DNA of 64,000 nt from Sphagnum compactum (Eukaryota), in the NCBI GenBank assembly GCA_965153455.1, contig OZ234494.1:12214001-12278000 (forward strand), in the 5' to 3' direction. This document shows positions 13,074 to 27,300 of this stretch, piece after piece. The position numbers and the translations under genes were made by a program. How positions within the stretch are numbered: position 1 is the stretch's first letter; the number at the start of each line of letters is the position of its first letter. The notes below the pieces were generated by a model that saw nothing but the letters and a program-made list of their open reading frames with translations, had not been told where the DNA came from and ran no database searches.

Positions 13074-13641
13074 AAGGTCTGCAAGGGCTTCAAACTTGTT
13101 GAAATGATAGGTTGTAAATATTAGGTGACAGTCTTTTGAAGACTAGCTGGCTACTGACTGCATTTTGGGGCCTACCAAAGTGGAGATGCATAAGATACAT
13201 AGCTCTCCAAAAAGACCAATAAAGAAATAATATGATAAGCTTTGATTGTTCAGTCACAATGTTTAATTGATCCCCCATTTTACATTGTTCAATACTTCAT
13301 GTTTATGGGTAAGGATGCAAAAATAAATTGCACGCTTTTTTGGTTGTATGGTGATCTCATTTTTCTTCCTAATGCCCATGTACTCAGTGCCAATGTTATT
13401 AATCAGACAGATGCTATGGTTTGTGATGTCCCTGGTTCAGGCCCGAAGTATTTCAACTGTTACATATTACTACCATATCAATCACTTCAGCTTTGGACAA
13501 CCTCAGTGCTGGAACGACTTCTGCTATTAGAGTCCTCCATAAAGTCAGAAAAACACCAAAACCCTGGTTTTGGACCAAAACCATGTGAGATTCAAACAAA
13601 AACCTGCAAAAAAGTACATTAGCATTAGGGGGGGGGCACCA

Positions 13642-14581
13642 TTTCATCCTGTTGTGACCCTCTCTCTCTCTTTTCCTGAGCGCCTCCACTGATGCTACAT
13701 ATATTTTTACTGCTCCTACCTGCACAACCACTATAATTACTCCCGAAACTTGTGCATCAACCGCGGAGTTTCAGCGTTTCATACCCAGATTTAATAAAAA
13801 ATTCCTTACTTTGCATACCTCACTCAAAGAGGGGATAGGGGTGAAAGGAGGCCCAAAGACAGGGTGACTTTATGGAAAACTCTGATGGATAAATGAAATC
13901 TTTTACTCCAAACAGTATGCCAAAGAATTGACAATGACAAGGGTGCAGTCACTTGGCTCATCCCTGAACTGGGGACACGAGAAATAGGCAGTAGATTGTA
14001 GCAATGGGCACCAAGTTCACCATCTCTGCACAGCAGATCAAATCCTGTAACCCAAGGTTTTGCTTTCTGTTGAAAGTGTCAAACACCATTGCTGAGTCAT
14101 TTTATCTACCCACCACGACAGCCTGTGGTCCCTCTTGGTGTTAGATGTAGCAAAGAAATTGGTCCACTCGTCTTGAGTCCATACTGCTGGAGTAGATCTG
14201 TACCCTGCAGGTCACTCTTGTTGCCGATGCAAATGCTATTCCCTCAGGCTGTGTCTGAACATATTCTACTCTATGCTCACATCAGTTTAGTTCGGCTGTC
14301 ACATCGTTTGCAATGAAGGCAGAGTTGAAGAAGCAGCATCCAAAAAATCTTTACTCAATAGAATTTATCTGTAAAGTCACCCTCTCTTTCACCCCCTATC
14401 CCCTCTTTCAGTGATATATGCAAAGTTAGAAATTTTATTAAATCTCAGTATGAAATGCTGAACTGAGCATTTCATGCACAAGGTTTGAGAGTAATTATAG
14501 TAGTTGTACAGGTAGGATCAGTGAAAATATATGTAGCAGCAGCAGTGGAGGCGCTCAAGAAAAAGGAAAGACAGGATGAAA
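13642..14581. repeat. Long inverted repeat: arms about 13642-13893 and 14348-14581, spacer about 450 bp
   Basis: Mirrored blocks include GAGCGCCTCCACTG, TGCTACATATATTTT, ACTATAATTACTC, AGATTTAATAAAA, AAAGAGGGGATAGGGGGTGAAAG and GGGTGACTTTA; roughly 80% identity by eye. Confidence 0.9.
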
Positions 14582-16013
14582 CTCAGTTTACCACCAAAAT
14601 TGGTGAAAAAACTTAGTTTGGGTTGTAAAATTTTTATTCCCAGTCACGCATTTGTGCAATATTATGCCAAAACTGGCCGTTCTCGGCCCCTAATCGCATG
14701 ACTTTACAGATAACTTTAATCTTAACTCTTTTTCTTAGGTAGGTAGTCTCCAGTTAAGGAAAGAGTTTTATAAGATCCCAGCTATAACACCCAACCATAA
14801 TTGGCCAGACTGTGTTCCTATAAATAGCACAACAGAACTGCAATCTATTTGCAATCTTTGGACCTTATGCAGGAGCATAGCATTAAGTTTGTGGCATCCT
14901 CTAAAACTGTCATGAGTACTGACGGTTCCTCTAAAACCACAAAAGAGCCAGTCGGACCCTGCCATAAGTACAGTGCAAATTCATTTGCAAGCGACCACAA
15001 CCTAGAAAGCAGTCTCACAACAAGATCAATTTTGCCACCAAAGTACCTGCAATAGCAGTTAACTACAGGTACTGTTCTCTGGTGCTGTTTTACGAGTTCC
15101 TGTTATTGACTCTTGCCCTCAATATCTGAGAGGAGGGGCATGCAGGTTGCTGCAATGAGTTACAGCAGGTGAATGAATGTGGTGACACTAGCTCTTATAC
15201 CAGATATAGTGTGTCATTCAAAAAGAGAAAAAGACAAAGCAATCCAACCACTTCAGGAAAAAGACCTCACCGTCACAAATCCACAAATCCACAAATTCGA
15301 GTTAATACAGTTGGTTCACAAAGTTCATCTTGGCCTTCACAGTGAAAAAAAGAAACCTCAGCACTCAATAATCAACTGGGATGTGCATGATGAAAACAGC
15401 ACATGAAAGCTGACTTTTCACCTACAATACTCCCCAGAAGTGGCTCAGTCACACAACACCCAAAATTCAATCCTACTCCTTGACATGGAGTTATGAGCAC
15501 CAATACCATGCAACCCAAACATTTATTGACATTGCATACTCATGCACCCCCCAACTTCATTGTTTGGACACATATGGTCCAACACCTTTTCCTCATGGGC
15601 CATAACAGTGATGTGATAAAAGCAGACTTTGCTGGTTCGGCAAAGGACTGGAGTCAATGTCCCTAGAAATTACAATCTTCGAATGGTGACTGTTTATGGC
15701 TACCCAGAACCTGTCTACTGAGTTTCTGATGGAATAAAGCATTTAGACCTGGCCCCCAACCTCCCAGGAGAAATGGAAGTCTCTAAAATGTAACATGCCT
15801 TTGGTGGTTAACTGCTGGTATTCACCAAGAGCATCTTCTGATGAGCTCTGGATAGGGTGAAGCTTCCAAAACTGTTGTTACTATCCTTCTAAGAGAGTAA
15901 TGAGAAAGTCCCTAAGCAGCACATCAAAGATATTCCTTGTAGCTTACCTATATTATGTGCCACCTGCATTTATCACCAAAGAATCAAAATGCTGCTGCTT
16001 CAATTGGCTTCAT

Positions 16014-17546
<1,533 letters not shown>

Positions 17547-18136
17547 CTAACATAGCAACCATTCACCATGCAAAAAATAATTCAAAATAGGTACCTCCTC
17601 CTGACCACTATGCACGGGAAATCCAACAGACAAAATGAGCTTCACAACCGTATACATAAGCTTGCAAAGAATCAACGATAAAAGCGGAAAACGAAGAAAA
17701 CCGAAGCCATCACACCGGAAAAAAAAAACAAAAAGGAAGTGCAACAGCAACAAGAACAATGGTAGCTCCAACCTGATGTTCATGCAGATCCGGAAGCAAA
17801 CACCATCACCGACAACAACAGTCAGGCGGGAAAAGGGAATGGAGAGTATAGTATCACTCACATGTAGGCAGGCGTCCGGACTGCGTTCAATGCCGAAACC
17901 CTCGAAAAGGTCACTCACTTCTCAAGCGAAGAAAACGGGGAAAAAAGAAAGCAAGAAAGAGAACGTAACACAGAAAGCAAACATCTACACAGCAACTACG
18001 GTCATTCCGTCGAGACACTCTCAGACTCCTCAAAAGACGGGATCGCAGAGAAGAAGCAAACGCGAAGAACGCTCCAAGGACGATCTCCCGTTGCTACGCG
18101 AGGCCGCACGAATGAGAGCGGCAACGACGACGGGAA

Positions 18137-18735
18137 GTACACGCATGAAGACAATACGAATAAACTGCATACACTCTACAGTACAACTACGAGACACTGT
18201 ACAATACGAAGACAATGTGAAAGAAAATACATACATGTAACAATACAAAAGACGAGATGCAGTACAAGAAAGAAGATAATACGAAGAATATACGTATTCA
18301 TTACAATACAAAAGACGATAATACAGTACAAGTACAAAGACATTACAAAGAAATATACACATACGTTACAATATAAAAGACGAGATACAGTGCAAGTACG
18401 AAGAAAAATACGTAAAATTTTCGTATCAAAAACGAGATGCAGTACGAGGATAAATACGTATACTTTGCAATGCAAAGAGGAGATGCAGTATAAGTACAAA
18501 GACATTATCTAGAAAAATACACATACGTTACAGTACAAAAGACGAGGTGCAGTACACGTACGAAGATAAATAACGTATATTTTATAATGCAAAGACGAGA
18601 TGCAGTACAAGTACGAAGAAAATACGAAAACAAATACATGCATATATACAACAGCTCAAAGACGACTTTAAGTACACGTATGAAGACAATACGTATAGAT
18701 CACAGTACAATAGACCCAATGTTCTGTATACGTAT
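18137..18735. repeat. Degenerate minisatellite (units about 45-68 bp, consensus like TACAATACAAAAGACGAGATGCAGTACAAGTACGAAGAAAATAC) upstream of the Rab gene
   Basis: GACGAGAT-like anchors near 18251, 18313, 18379, 18433, 18477, 18541, 18593 and 18661; strong A-rich strand bias. Confidence 0.85.
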
Positions 18736-18843
18736 TTCGGTAGATTGGCTCTAGTCTTGCAATGCTATTTGCTGTGCAAATTTTTGCTTGCACAAAGTGA
18801 AGATTTGTCCAAAATTAGCATTCAAATGTCTGAGTAGATGGGC

Positions 18844-19037
18844 TATGTTTTCAGTAATTAGCCATTTCCAGATCAAAGAAGGCTGTCTGCATTTGGTCTA
18901 TGTTTTCAGGAATTAGCATTTCCAGATCAAAGAGGGCTGTCCACATTTGGTCTATGTTTTCAGTAATTAGTATTTCCAGATCAAAGAAGGCTGTCTGCAT
19001 TTGGTCTATGTTTCCAGTAATTAGCATTTCCAGATCT
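18844..19037. repeat. 54-bp tandem repeat, about 3.6 copies
   Basis: Unit TATGTTTTCAGTAATTAGCATTTCCAGATCAAAGAAGGCTGTCTGCATTTGGTC starts at 18844, 18899, 18953 and 19007. Confidence 0.93.
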
Positions 19038-20040
19038 AAAAATATTGTAACCACATTATGGGATCACTGCTAATCTTTGGGTAATTAGGAATTGCATCTT
19101 TGTTCTGGTATTCCTCCTTCAAAACTTCAAGGCAAGGTGTTGAACCTGATGGGATACCTGATCACAAATGAACACCTCGTCATCCTGTTTCAGGCTTCTC
19201 GGATTGCACCTGTTGATTTGCAAAGCAGCTTCTACAGGAGAACGAAAAATAAAATTGCAACAAAGACTTTTTATGAGAAAAATTTTAGTGTGCTGCCACA
19301 GACATATCCCAGACTCAGATGAAAGCAATCAAGCTTCATGGAGAAAAAATGGCACTAACCAAATTGGTGCTGGAAACTTGAGCTGGTTGGTCACACAAAT
19401 CATCCCTCCTCCCTCACATGCACTTCATTTCATGCATGCGATTTACAAACTCTGCCCATCTTGTCTTTCAATACTAGACACGACTAAACTTGTCAACCTC
19501 TGGATCCTGAACCCTACCCACCTATTCTTCTGAGTACTTGGATATAATAGTGTAAAAAGGGATTTGGTCCAGATTGCCAGTGATGACAAACACAGCTTTG
19601 GGAAATCGGTGGTTTCTTATTCCCATGATGCTCCCTTCCGCACCATTAGTACCTTACTAAGCTCTTAAGAACCTTAAGAAGAGCAACGACCCTCTCTAAT
19701 TGTGCAACTTCAACTCAACTACCACAGATTCGTGATACTTTGCAGACTATCTTCTCTTGTCCCCAACCCTTCCTTCTAGAAGAAGTTCATTGAGTATTTA
19801 TGGTGGGTGTGTAATGACAGCAACAGAGTTTACATAAAATTTTGTGACTTAATTATGAAAAGAGTAGGGTTGTGCACTACTCTCTTGAATTGCACTAGGG
19901 TCAGAGTGGTGAAGCTTAAAGACTACCTTCCTTCCATTAAAACTTGGATCATTCACTTCTGCACAGTCTATAATTGAGGATAATATACAGTAGAGTGCCA
20001 GGCTCAATAGCGATGATGACATCGCTTCCTAGATGACTAA

Positions 20041-21905
20041 CTACTGGTGTAGGGGAGGAGCTGAGGACTGAGGCATTGGCAAAATCCTATCCACCAGCTC
20101 TGAGTTCAGCTTTACTGGTAGTGGGGGCATTTGGCTCATAATGCCTGGCATGTTTGTCATCCTGCATCAACCAGGTGAACAAAATTCCTCTCAGCACACA
20201 GACAAACTAGGAGCATTATCACAGAAAGTGATTTACCTGTCCTTTCCCAATCTCTAGTCACTCCACAAGAGTGAAAGAAAAAGAGTGCAGATTATGACAG
20301 TGATCTACCCATTCAAGATCGCATAAATGTTGTCCCTGAACTGCACCAGTAATTCTGTGTTCTCCTGGAGCTGTCATAAACACAAGAGCCCAACTGCATG
20401 TGAGTCAGCCAGTTTTTTCCCATTCCACATACACACCAGTGGGCGTTGCCTTTGCAGATTATACAACCTCCTCTGTAACAACTGGCCAAGTTGAAGGGGA
20501 TTACAAGTAAATATACCTTGCAAGCAGCAAGATTAGCTCGGATTTGTCCAATAACTTGTGCATTATGCTCAAGCAAATGGCCTGTAGGTCCTCCAATTGC
20601 TGCATCCATCCCAGCTGTCTCACAGTCAGTTGCAATTATGATACAGAGAAATGGCCTCAAAAAATGGCTTCAATGGCAATCTGAGTAAAAATGCAACAGA
20701 TGACATCTGAAAACATTTCGCCAGAAGACTTTTTGGCCTTTCAAGAGACAGATTTGTATGGGGAAAATTTTAGTAACTACTCCAGAGTTGAAACCCACCA
20801 TCATTAGAGATTCCATCATCATTGTCTACAGGGGGTTGAGGTGGAGTGTACATAGGCATTGGTGCCCTTGCTACTACTGCTGCCGCTGGTCTTGTGGGTG
20901 CTTCTACTTTTTCCTGCTATAGAAATACAGATGCAAACTCAATGTAATTTGGAGCAAAACAAGACCTCAGTACAGTAGCGTAAAGCTAACAATGTTCCTC
21001 CTTTCCACATCAACCTTAGATGGTTAAGGTTTTTTTCTTCTACATCCACAACCTGCCACATAACAAATATATGTTTCCTGAGACACCAAAACTGATCAAC
21101 CTTTAAATTGCAATGATGGATTGAACTGGAAGAATAGGAGACCTTCCTGTCCTTGCTTTTCTTGAAGGCATTCTGCTCTTCAACTTTCCGCCTTTTTCCA
21201 TTCTCCTTCTTCTGTGCATACAACAACATACCCAGTTGATTGCTTACAAACTTACACATGAAAATTGGTAAGCAAGCAGGGCTTCCACAAAATGCATCTG
21301 AGTTTTACTGCCCAAAACTGAAGATAACACAGTAAATTACAAGAAAGGACTGTCATGATGAGGACAAAAGGTACACACTCACTGTTATCCAAACACAGCG
21401 GAGGGCAACATCCCGTACAGTCTTTTCAGGCAACAGTGCTGCAAGCTTGATATATTTCACAAGATTGTTTGTCTGACCTGCATATCTGCCAATTAAGACC
21501 CCCGAGTAAGCCATGTCAGAAAGCTCCTGACAACAATACAGTATTGAGCAATTATGAGTTTTCCAACTATCATCTTGTACTACATCTGTCTATACATCTC
21601 TCTCCAGTATTTCAAGAGGTTTCAAGGAAGTTTACTTACTTCACCAGGCCTTCTTCCAGACTTGATTGCTCAGCAGAGCTCCAAACAACAGACAAACCGA
21701 TGTCATGAAGAAGATGGTAAGTGCTATTGTCAGTTCCATTTGTTGTTGCTCCATTCTTCTCTCCCGATGCCCCATCAACAGCACCAGCAGGAGGGGTGCT
21801 ATTTTCACCCACATTCGCTAGTCCTCGTGGACTGCCACTGTTATGATGAAGTCTGAGTGTAGAATTGTTCGGTTTCACTTGCAAATTCTGAATGGATCCT
21901 GCCAT
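20041..21905 (-). CDS. Myb/SANT-like plus DUF3755 domain protein. Exons 21905-21640, 21485-21383, 21211-21143, 20913-20799, 20599 (or 20614)-20517, 20370-20309, 20161-20041
   Basis: WSSAEQSSLEEGLVKY...KYIKLAALLPEKTVRDVALRCVW, KKENGKRRK, QENTELLVQFRDNIYAILNGMTNMPGIMSQMPPLPVKLN; phases consistent across GT-AG introns. Confidence 0.88.
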
Positions 21906-24347
21906 AGCTTATTGAGACACCCTTTTTTGTTTTGTTTTCCTCAGGTTTTAAGCTTTACATCACAATCCTCTCTTCCTCTTCCTCTCAATGCAAATCCTCT
22001 TCTCCACTCCAGAAATTCTATGCAGCAAACTGTTACACTATCAAAGAGTTCGAAGTTTGAACCAACCACCAGCTCTGCAATAACACTCTTCCTCCACGCT
22101 TACATTTTTGCACCACAGCAGAAATCTCTCAGACCCATTCTTGATCTATTGCTTGCTTGCTTGCTTATCCCCAAGCTCAGAAAAACATAATCATAAAAGA
22201 TATGTCTAATTAAATTTTTTCAAAAACTCCCCAGACCCTTTCAAGCAGAAAAGCAGCAAAATTCACACTAGTTTTTTCTACATACACACACAAACACTGG
22301 ATTTGTGCCACCAAAAACAAATCGATCAGCTTGGTTGGTGGCACAAATCCAGAAACCCAAAACCCCACAAACCCTAAAAAGAAAGAAACAGAACTGCCAG
22401 CTACAAATTCCCTTGCCAATGCAAATTGATTTGCTCCATGACCACCACCCCCCCCAAACCTATTGCCTTCTTCCTCCTCTTCCGCTTCTTCTTCTTCTTC
22501 CTCCTCCTCCTCCTCCTTCAAGCCATTCTTGTTCTTAAATTCTCATCACAAAAAACGACAACAGCAACAAAAACCTTCCATCAGCAACTAACTCCAAAAA
22601 CAAACCCAGCAACAAAAGATGTAAAACCCCAAAACGAAGAGCACCTCCGCCTCCTCCTCAGCAACTGCCGAAAATCTCTGGGGAAAATGTCTTCTATCTA
22701 TCAATCGATTCTGCTGCTCTTGCTACTACGACTCCTACTACAACTCCTAGCTCCCAAATAAAAAGCAAAAGCAAAGAACAATTCTGCCAGCCACCGCGAC
22801 AATCGGCAACTTGGCAAAATATCTTCTTCCCCTCGTCCTCCGAGCGTCTGTCTCCTCCGCCGCAACGACCTCTCCTCGTCCTCGTCCTCGGCCTAGTCTT
22901 CCGGGCCCTGCTTGGCGTTCCGTTCGACGCTCGTCCGTTCCGCCGCTCGTCGCGGAACGTTCCCTTCGTGAGCCGGTTCCAGAAGAGCACATGTTTTTGT
23001 ACTTTCTGGACTCTGGAATGGTCAAGCCGTCAAGGCACTGCCCATTATGTACTACATAAGGCGCCCCCTACAGCACATTCTGCACCTAGTTCACCCTATA
23101 GGTGCAGAATCTGCCATACGGGGCGCCTTAGTTTGAAACCGAAAATTTGGATAGAATATTTGGGAATAATAATAATAATTTTGAACCTATTAGTAGAAAT
23201 TATTGTATCAAAACATATTCACAATTAACTATAAAATGAAGTGATGGGTTTTGAACATGGTTATGTATACATCATTTTTTGAACTTTCATTTACAAATGA
23301 TTATTTGATAAATGAATCATAAAATGATAGTAATTGAAAAAATCTATATAGTTTAAAATCTAACTCTTTTCCACAAGAATTTAACCATGCACAACATCAT
23401 ACTTTCATCTTTAGTCTTGTAATTACATGGCACATATAATATTTTTAAAATATAAATGATTTTAAATGATATGTGAGAAGTGGCTCATTACATGGTGCTG
23501 GTGTATGTGGAGGACACCTAAATTTCAACCCTATTACTAATTCAATAGAGGATGATGTGTTACATGTAAGGTTGCTAAAATATGAAAAACCTCACACGCA
23601 AGGTACCTCCTCTTCTTTCTAATGAATCACAATTATCCGTAACATCCAAACAAAATTCCATCAATTCTTTACATTGGGTAAGGACTTCAACTTGGGGGGG
23701 GGGGCTTGTTTTGGGAATTCAAGTCTTATGTTTAGACTCTTACCTTGTGCAAGGTTCTCATTCACAAAATAACAATGCTCTCAATCCTTACCAATAATGT
23801 TGGTTGGTTATTTAGTTTTGACATAGTTATCTAGCTAGATATTAATAGCCTACCAAGTGATTCTTTATGGCTAAAATTCTACCGGTTCTTTATGGCTATG
23901 TTTTTCTGTTGCAAAATAAGTTATTTCCGTGGTAAGAAAACTTAAATCTATTCATTCATTCAAGCTTTGCTTTCACACTTCACACCCTCCCTAATGTACA
24001 TGAATCCTGTGTAATGAACTATAATTGACCTCATCAGCATATCAGATGATATTCCTTGTACAGCACTTCAATTTCAAAGTGCATCTCCTTTGACTAAGGT
24101 ACTGCTTTCAGAACACATGCAAGCAACCCGACAAGTTCATTCTAGTGTCCACTGTTTAGTGGTAACTATGAATATACCAATGAATCTCTTGACAGACCTG
24201 ATGATGAAACGCCTCGCCCCCGCCTCCTTTCCTAGCCTACTCTTGGACAGACAATCGGGCCATCTTTTCAATGAAGACCAACTACAGAGAATTCAACTGT
24301 CATTCTGTGGGAAATACTGAGAAGGTGAACTTACTTGTGGGCAGCTT

Positions 24348-27300
24348 TCACATGTGCTGCAATGTGATACTGATTTTCCGGAGCTCTGCTAGAGCTATAA
24401 GGACAGCTGTGCACCCCTTCCTGTGCAAACTAGCTTGAGAGGACTGCTCCTCATCCTCAAGATCAGGTGTCCAACTCAATGATGACTCCAGAACCTGCAA
24501 CCCATCAACACTTATGGCCAATAAGAAATCAATTCAAGAGTTGGCTGCTTCCAGACCACCTCCTAACCTAGATGAGCTTGCTTCCAGACAACCTCATAAT
24601 CTTAGATCTAAGAAATGGAGTACTGTGCACAAACTGCATCCTCAATCTCAGAAAAGAAAAACCTGTGACAAAGACTTCACAAGACTGGTCCCAAATGAAG
24701 AGCGAGGTTCCACATTAAAAACTTTGCACGGACAAACACATCTAAAAGTCCTCATGTTCACTTTTAAACAGCAACTCAGACTCTGAACATGGAATGTGAT
24801 CTTCATGGGTATAGGGTCCAGCTTTCAAGGGTTAAAGATCAATGTATAAAAAAGTGGCCCACCCATCTTCAAAGAAAACAAAACTGCTTTGATCCAGCAT
24901 GTTTAATCGCACCTGAATGTGGTCCAGCATGGATTGACCAAGAGCTTGCAGGGTGTCATTGTGCATCCTTGTACTCTTCCCAGGACTGCTCAGCATTTGC
25001 TCAGCTGCCAAATCCTCTTCAAGGACACTGCTATCAAAGCTTCTGTCATTTCCAGACTTGGGCACATCTCTTGCAACATTCTCAACTGCTATCAAACCTT
25101 CTGTGCTTTCAGGAACAGATGCTTCTGTAGCCTTCTTTTTCAAGATGTCTTTGCTAGGTTCTGATTCTTTGACTAATGCTGGACTACTGGGAACATCTGT
25201 GGTCAATTTCCACCACCGATTTGGCATCTGAAATAAGGTACCAGGTTCAGTGCTGCTTGAGGAAACATTACTATCAGTCACATTCTGACTGCATCCAGTG
25301 TCAACCCTGCCACCTTCACTGCCTGGAATCAAGAAGAGACCACACATAAGGCTCTCCTTTCATTTTGTAAGCTTCATATAGGGCATCAATCTGACCAAAA
25401 GCAGAAAAGGGATAAAAGAAAAAGATGCAAGGAATAACAATAATTGCTTTCTGTTGCAATCTAACCAAGACTCGGATAAATCAGGTTGACACTTCTTGCT
25501 CATCTTCCAAGACATGCAAGCTCTTGTTGATTTTCTTCTAACATAGTAGACTTGTATGAAGCAATGAGATGACAGAGATAATACTCACCAGTTTTTTCAC
25601 CTGTTGTGTTCTTTCTGAAATTCCACACCCAGTTGAGCTTGCTAGAGGGTGGTGAAGGTTTTGGCTTGTCAGAAAAACTCAGGTCATTGGTGGTCTGTGA
25701 GACTTCTTCCACCCCCTCAACACTAGCGATTGAAGGAGACCTTGGCATAGGATGATGTGGTGACTTGTAGTCCTTGAGTGACGTCTCGGCTTGCACAATT
25801 GACTGTTCCACATAAGAGCCATGGACATGTATAGTCCTAGTGACTTCCAATTCCACTGCAATTTTAGTAGACTCTGCTGAAGATTGAGGATGTGAGTATT
25901 CTGGTTGCATATCACTGTCCTGCTTTTGCAAATTGAAATTATGTTTAGACATGAAACACTCTTGTAACAGCAGTTGATCCTCATCATTGCCAGCAGGTTC
26001 CATCCAATTGCAAACTTCAGAGCCTTTCAGTGCCAGGTCCACTGCATTAACTTGTTGATCATTGACCTGTAAGGTACTCTGAGTAGCATTACCAGCTTCC
26101 TCCTTGCCTGCAGAATACTTTACTGTCATTTGTGCTGTACGGAGCACATGCACTCCCTCAGTGCTCAGAGGCAAAAGCACTCCACCGTTGGGTCCATCTG
26201 CAGGCCAAATCTGCAGAAAGGGTATGGGTATATTATGATAGTGAAAGAGGATGTTTGAGACCATGCCTACTTAATTCATAAATGTTGACCAGGCCCTACA
26301 GAACCAAAATGCACCATTTTATAAGTTCTGATGCTATGGTGGCCTGAAATAAGAAGCAGCACAACCTGTGAGCTTTATACCTCAGATGGCAGCAGCTTTG
26401 AGTTGCAAGTTGCTGTTATCACAGGAGATGTTTGCTGATGGATGAGCTTATCACTCTGATCACTTCCTGAAGCATTGGTTGAAGCCCTAGCTCCAACTTC
26501 TATGCCATTTTTAATTTGAGTTTTCTGATTCAATGATTCACCTGCTTCACTGGCACCATCCTTTGAAAAATCATTCTCAAAAGCAGAACCTCTTTCTTGT
26601 TGCTTTTCAGACCCATCACATCTGTTAAGGGCAGCCTCTGATGGTAGACCTATTGCACAAATTGCTCATATTAGCTCATATTAGTGGGCAGCACTTATGC
26701 CAAACAATGACTGGAGCAAACCATCAACTTGACAATGGAAAAATCATGGAGTTCTATGTTGCAATGGTGGGTGATAACATCACCTTAAAATCCATCCATC
26801 TGTCATCCTATACTGGAATTCCATTTGCAGGGAAGGTGATGACAATATCCAGAGCCCTCATGTGACCAGGGAATCATGCAGAAATGTGGAATCCTCAACA
26901 CCACACATGACCTACTGTGAAAATCAATTTGCAAGAAAACCAGAGCACACTAACCTTTGCCTGCAGAATCAATCCCTTGAGCATCCATCACTTCACCTGA
27001 TATAAACTTCTGTAAGATGGAGTGGGTCCATTTTTCCTCCCAATATCCATCTGGTAGGGACATTCGCAAGAAATCAGGGGAGCAAGGGATTGATTGTTCT
27101 TGAAATGCAAGCAGTACACTTTGACCACTTGGTGGTGAGATGCTACCACTTATGGAGTGTTTCAAGGTGCGCTTCTTCTCTGGAGTGCGCACCGTTCTAG
27201 GAACTGAAGGAGCTGGAGTTCTGGCAGCTGCTTGAACTAATGGTTGAAGAAACTTTGCAGTCTCAATAAGGTTCCTTATGTCTGAGATTTGAGGATAGTT

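Noticed and set aside
15838-15862. Hammerhead-like core CTGATGA-GCTCT-GGAT-AGGGT-GAAG
   Set aside because: GAAG replaces the conserved GAAA, and I could not form stems I and III or a cleavage triplet.
17635-18505. Several 100-200 aa ORFs on both strands
   Set aside because: They overlap the Rab 5'UTR intron and the minisatellite; composition-driven with no domain signal.
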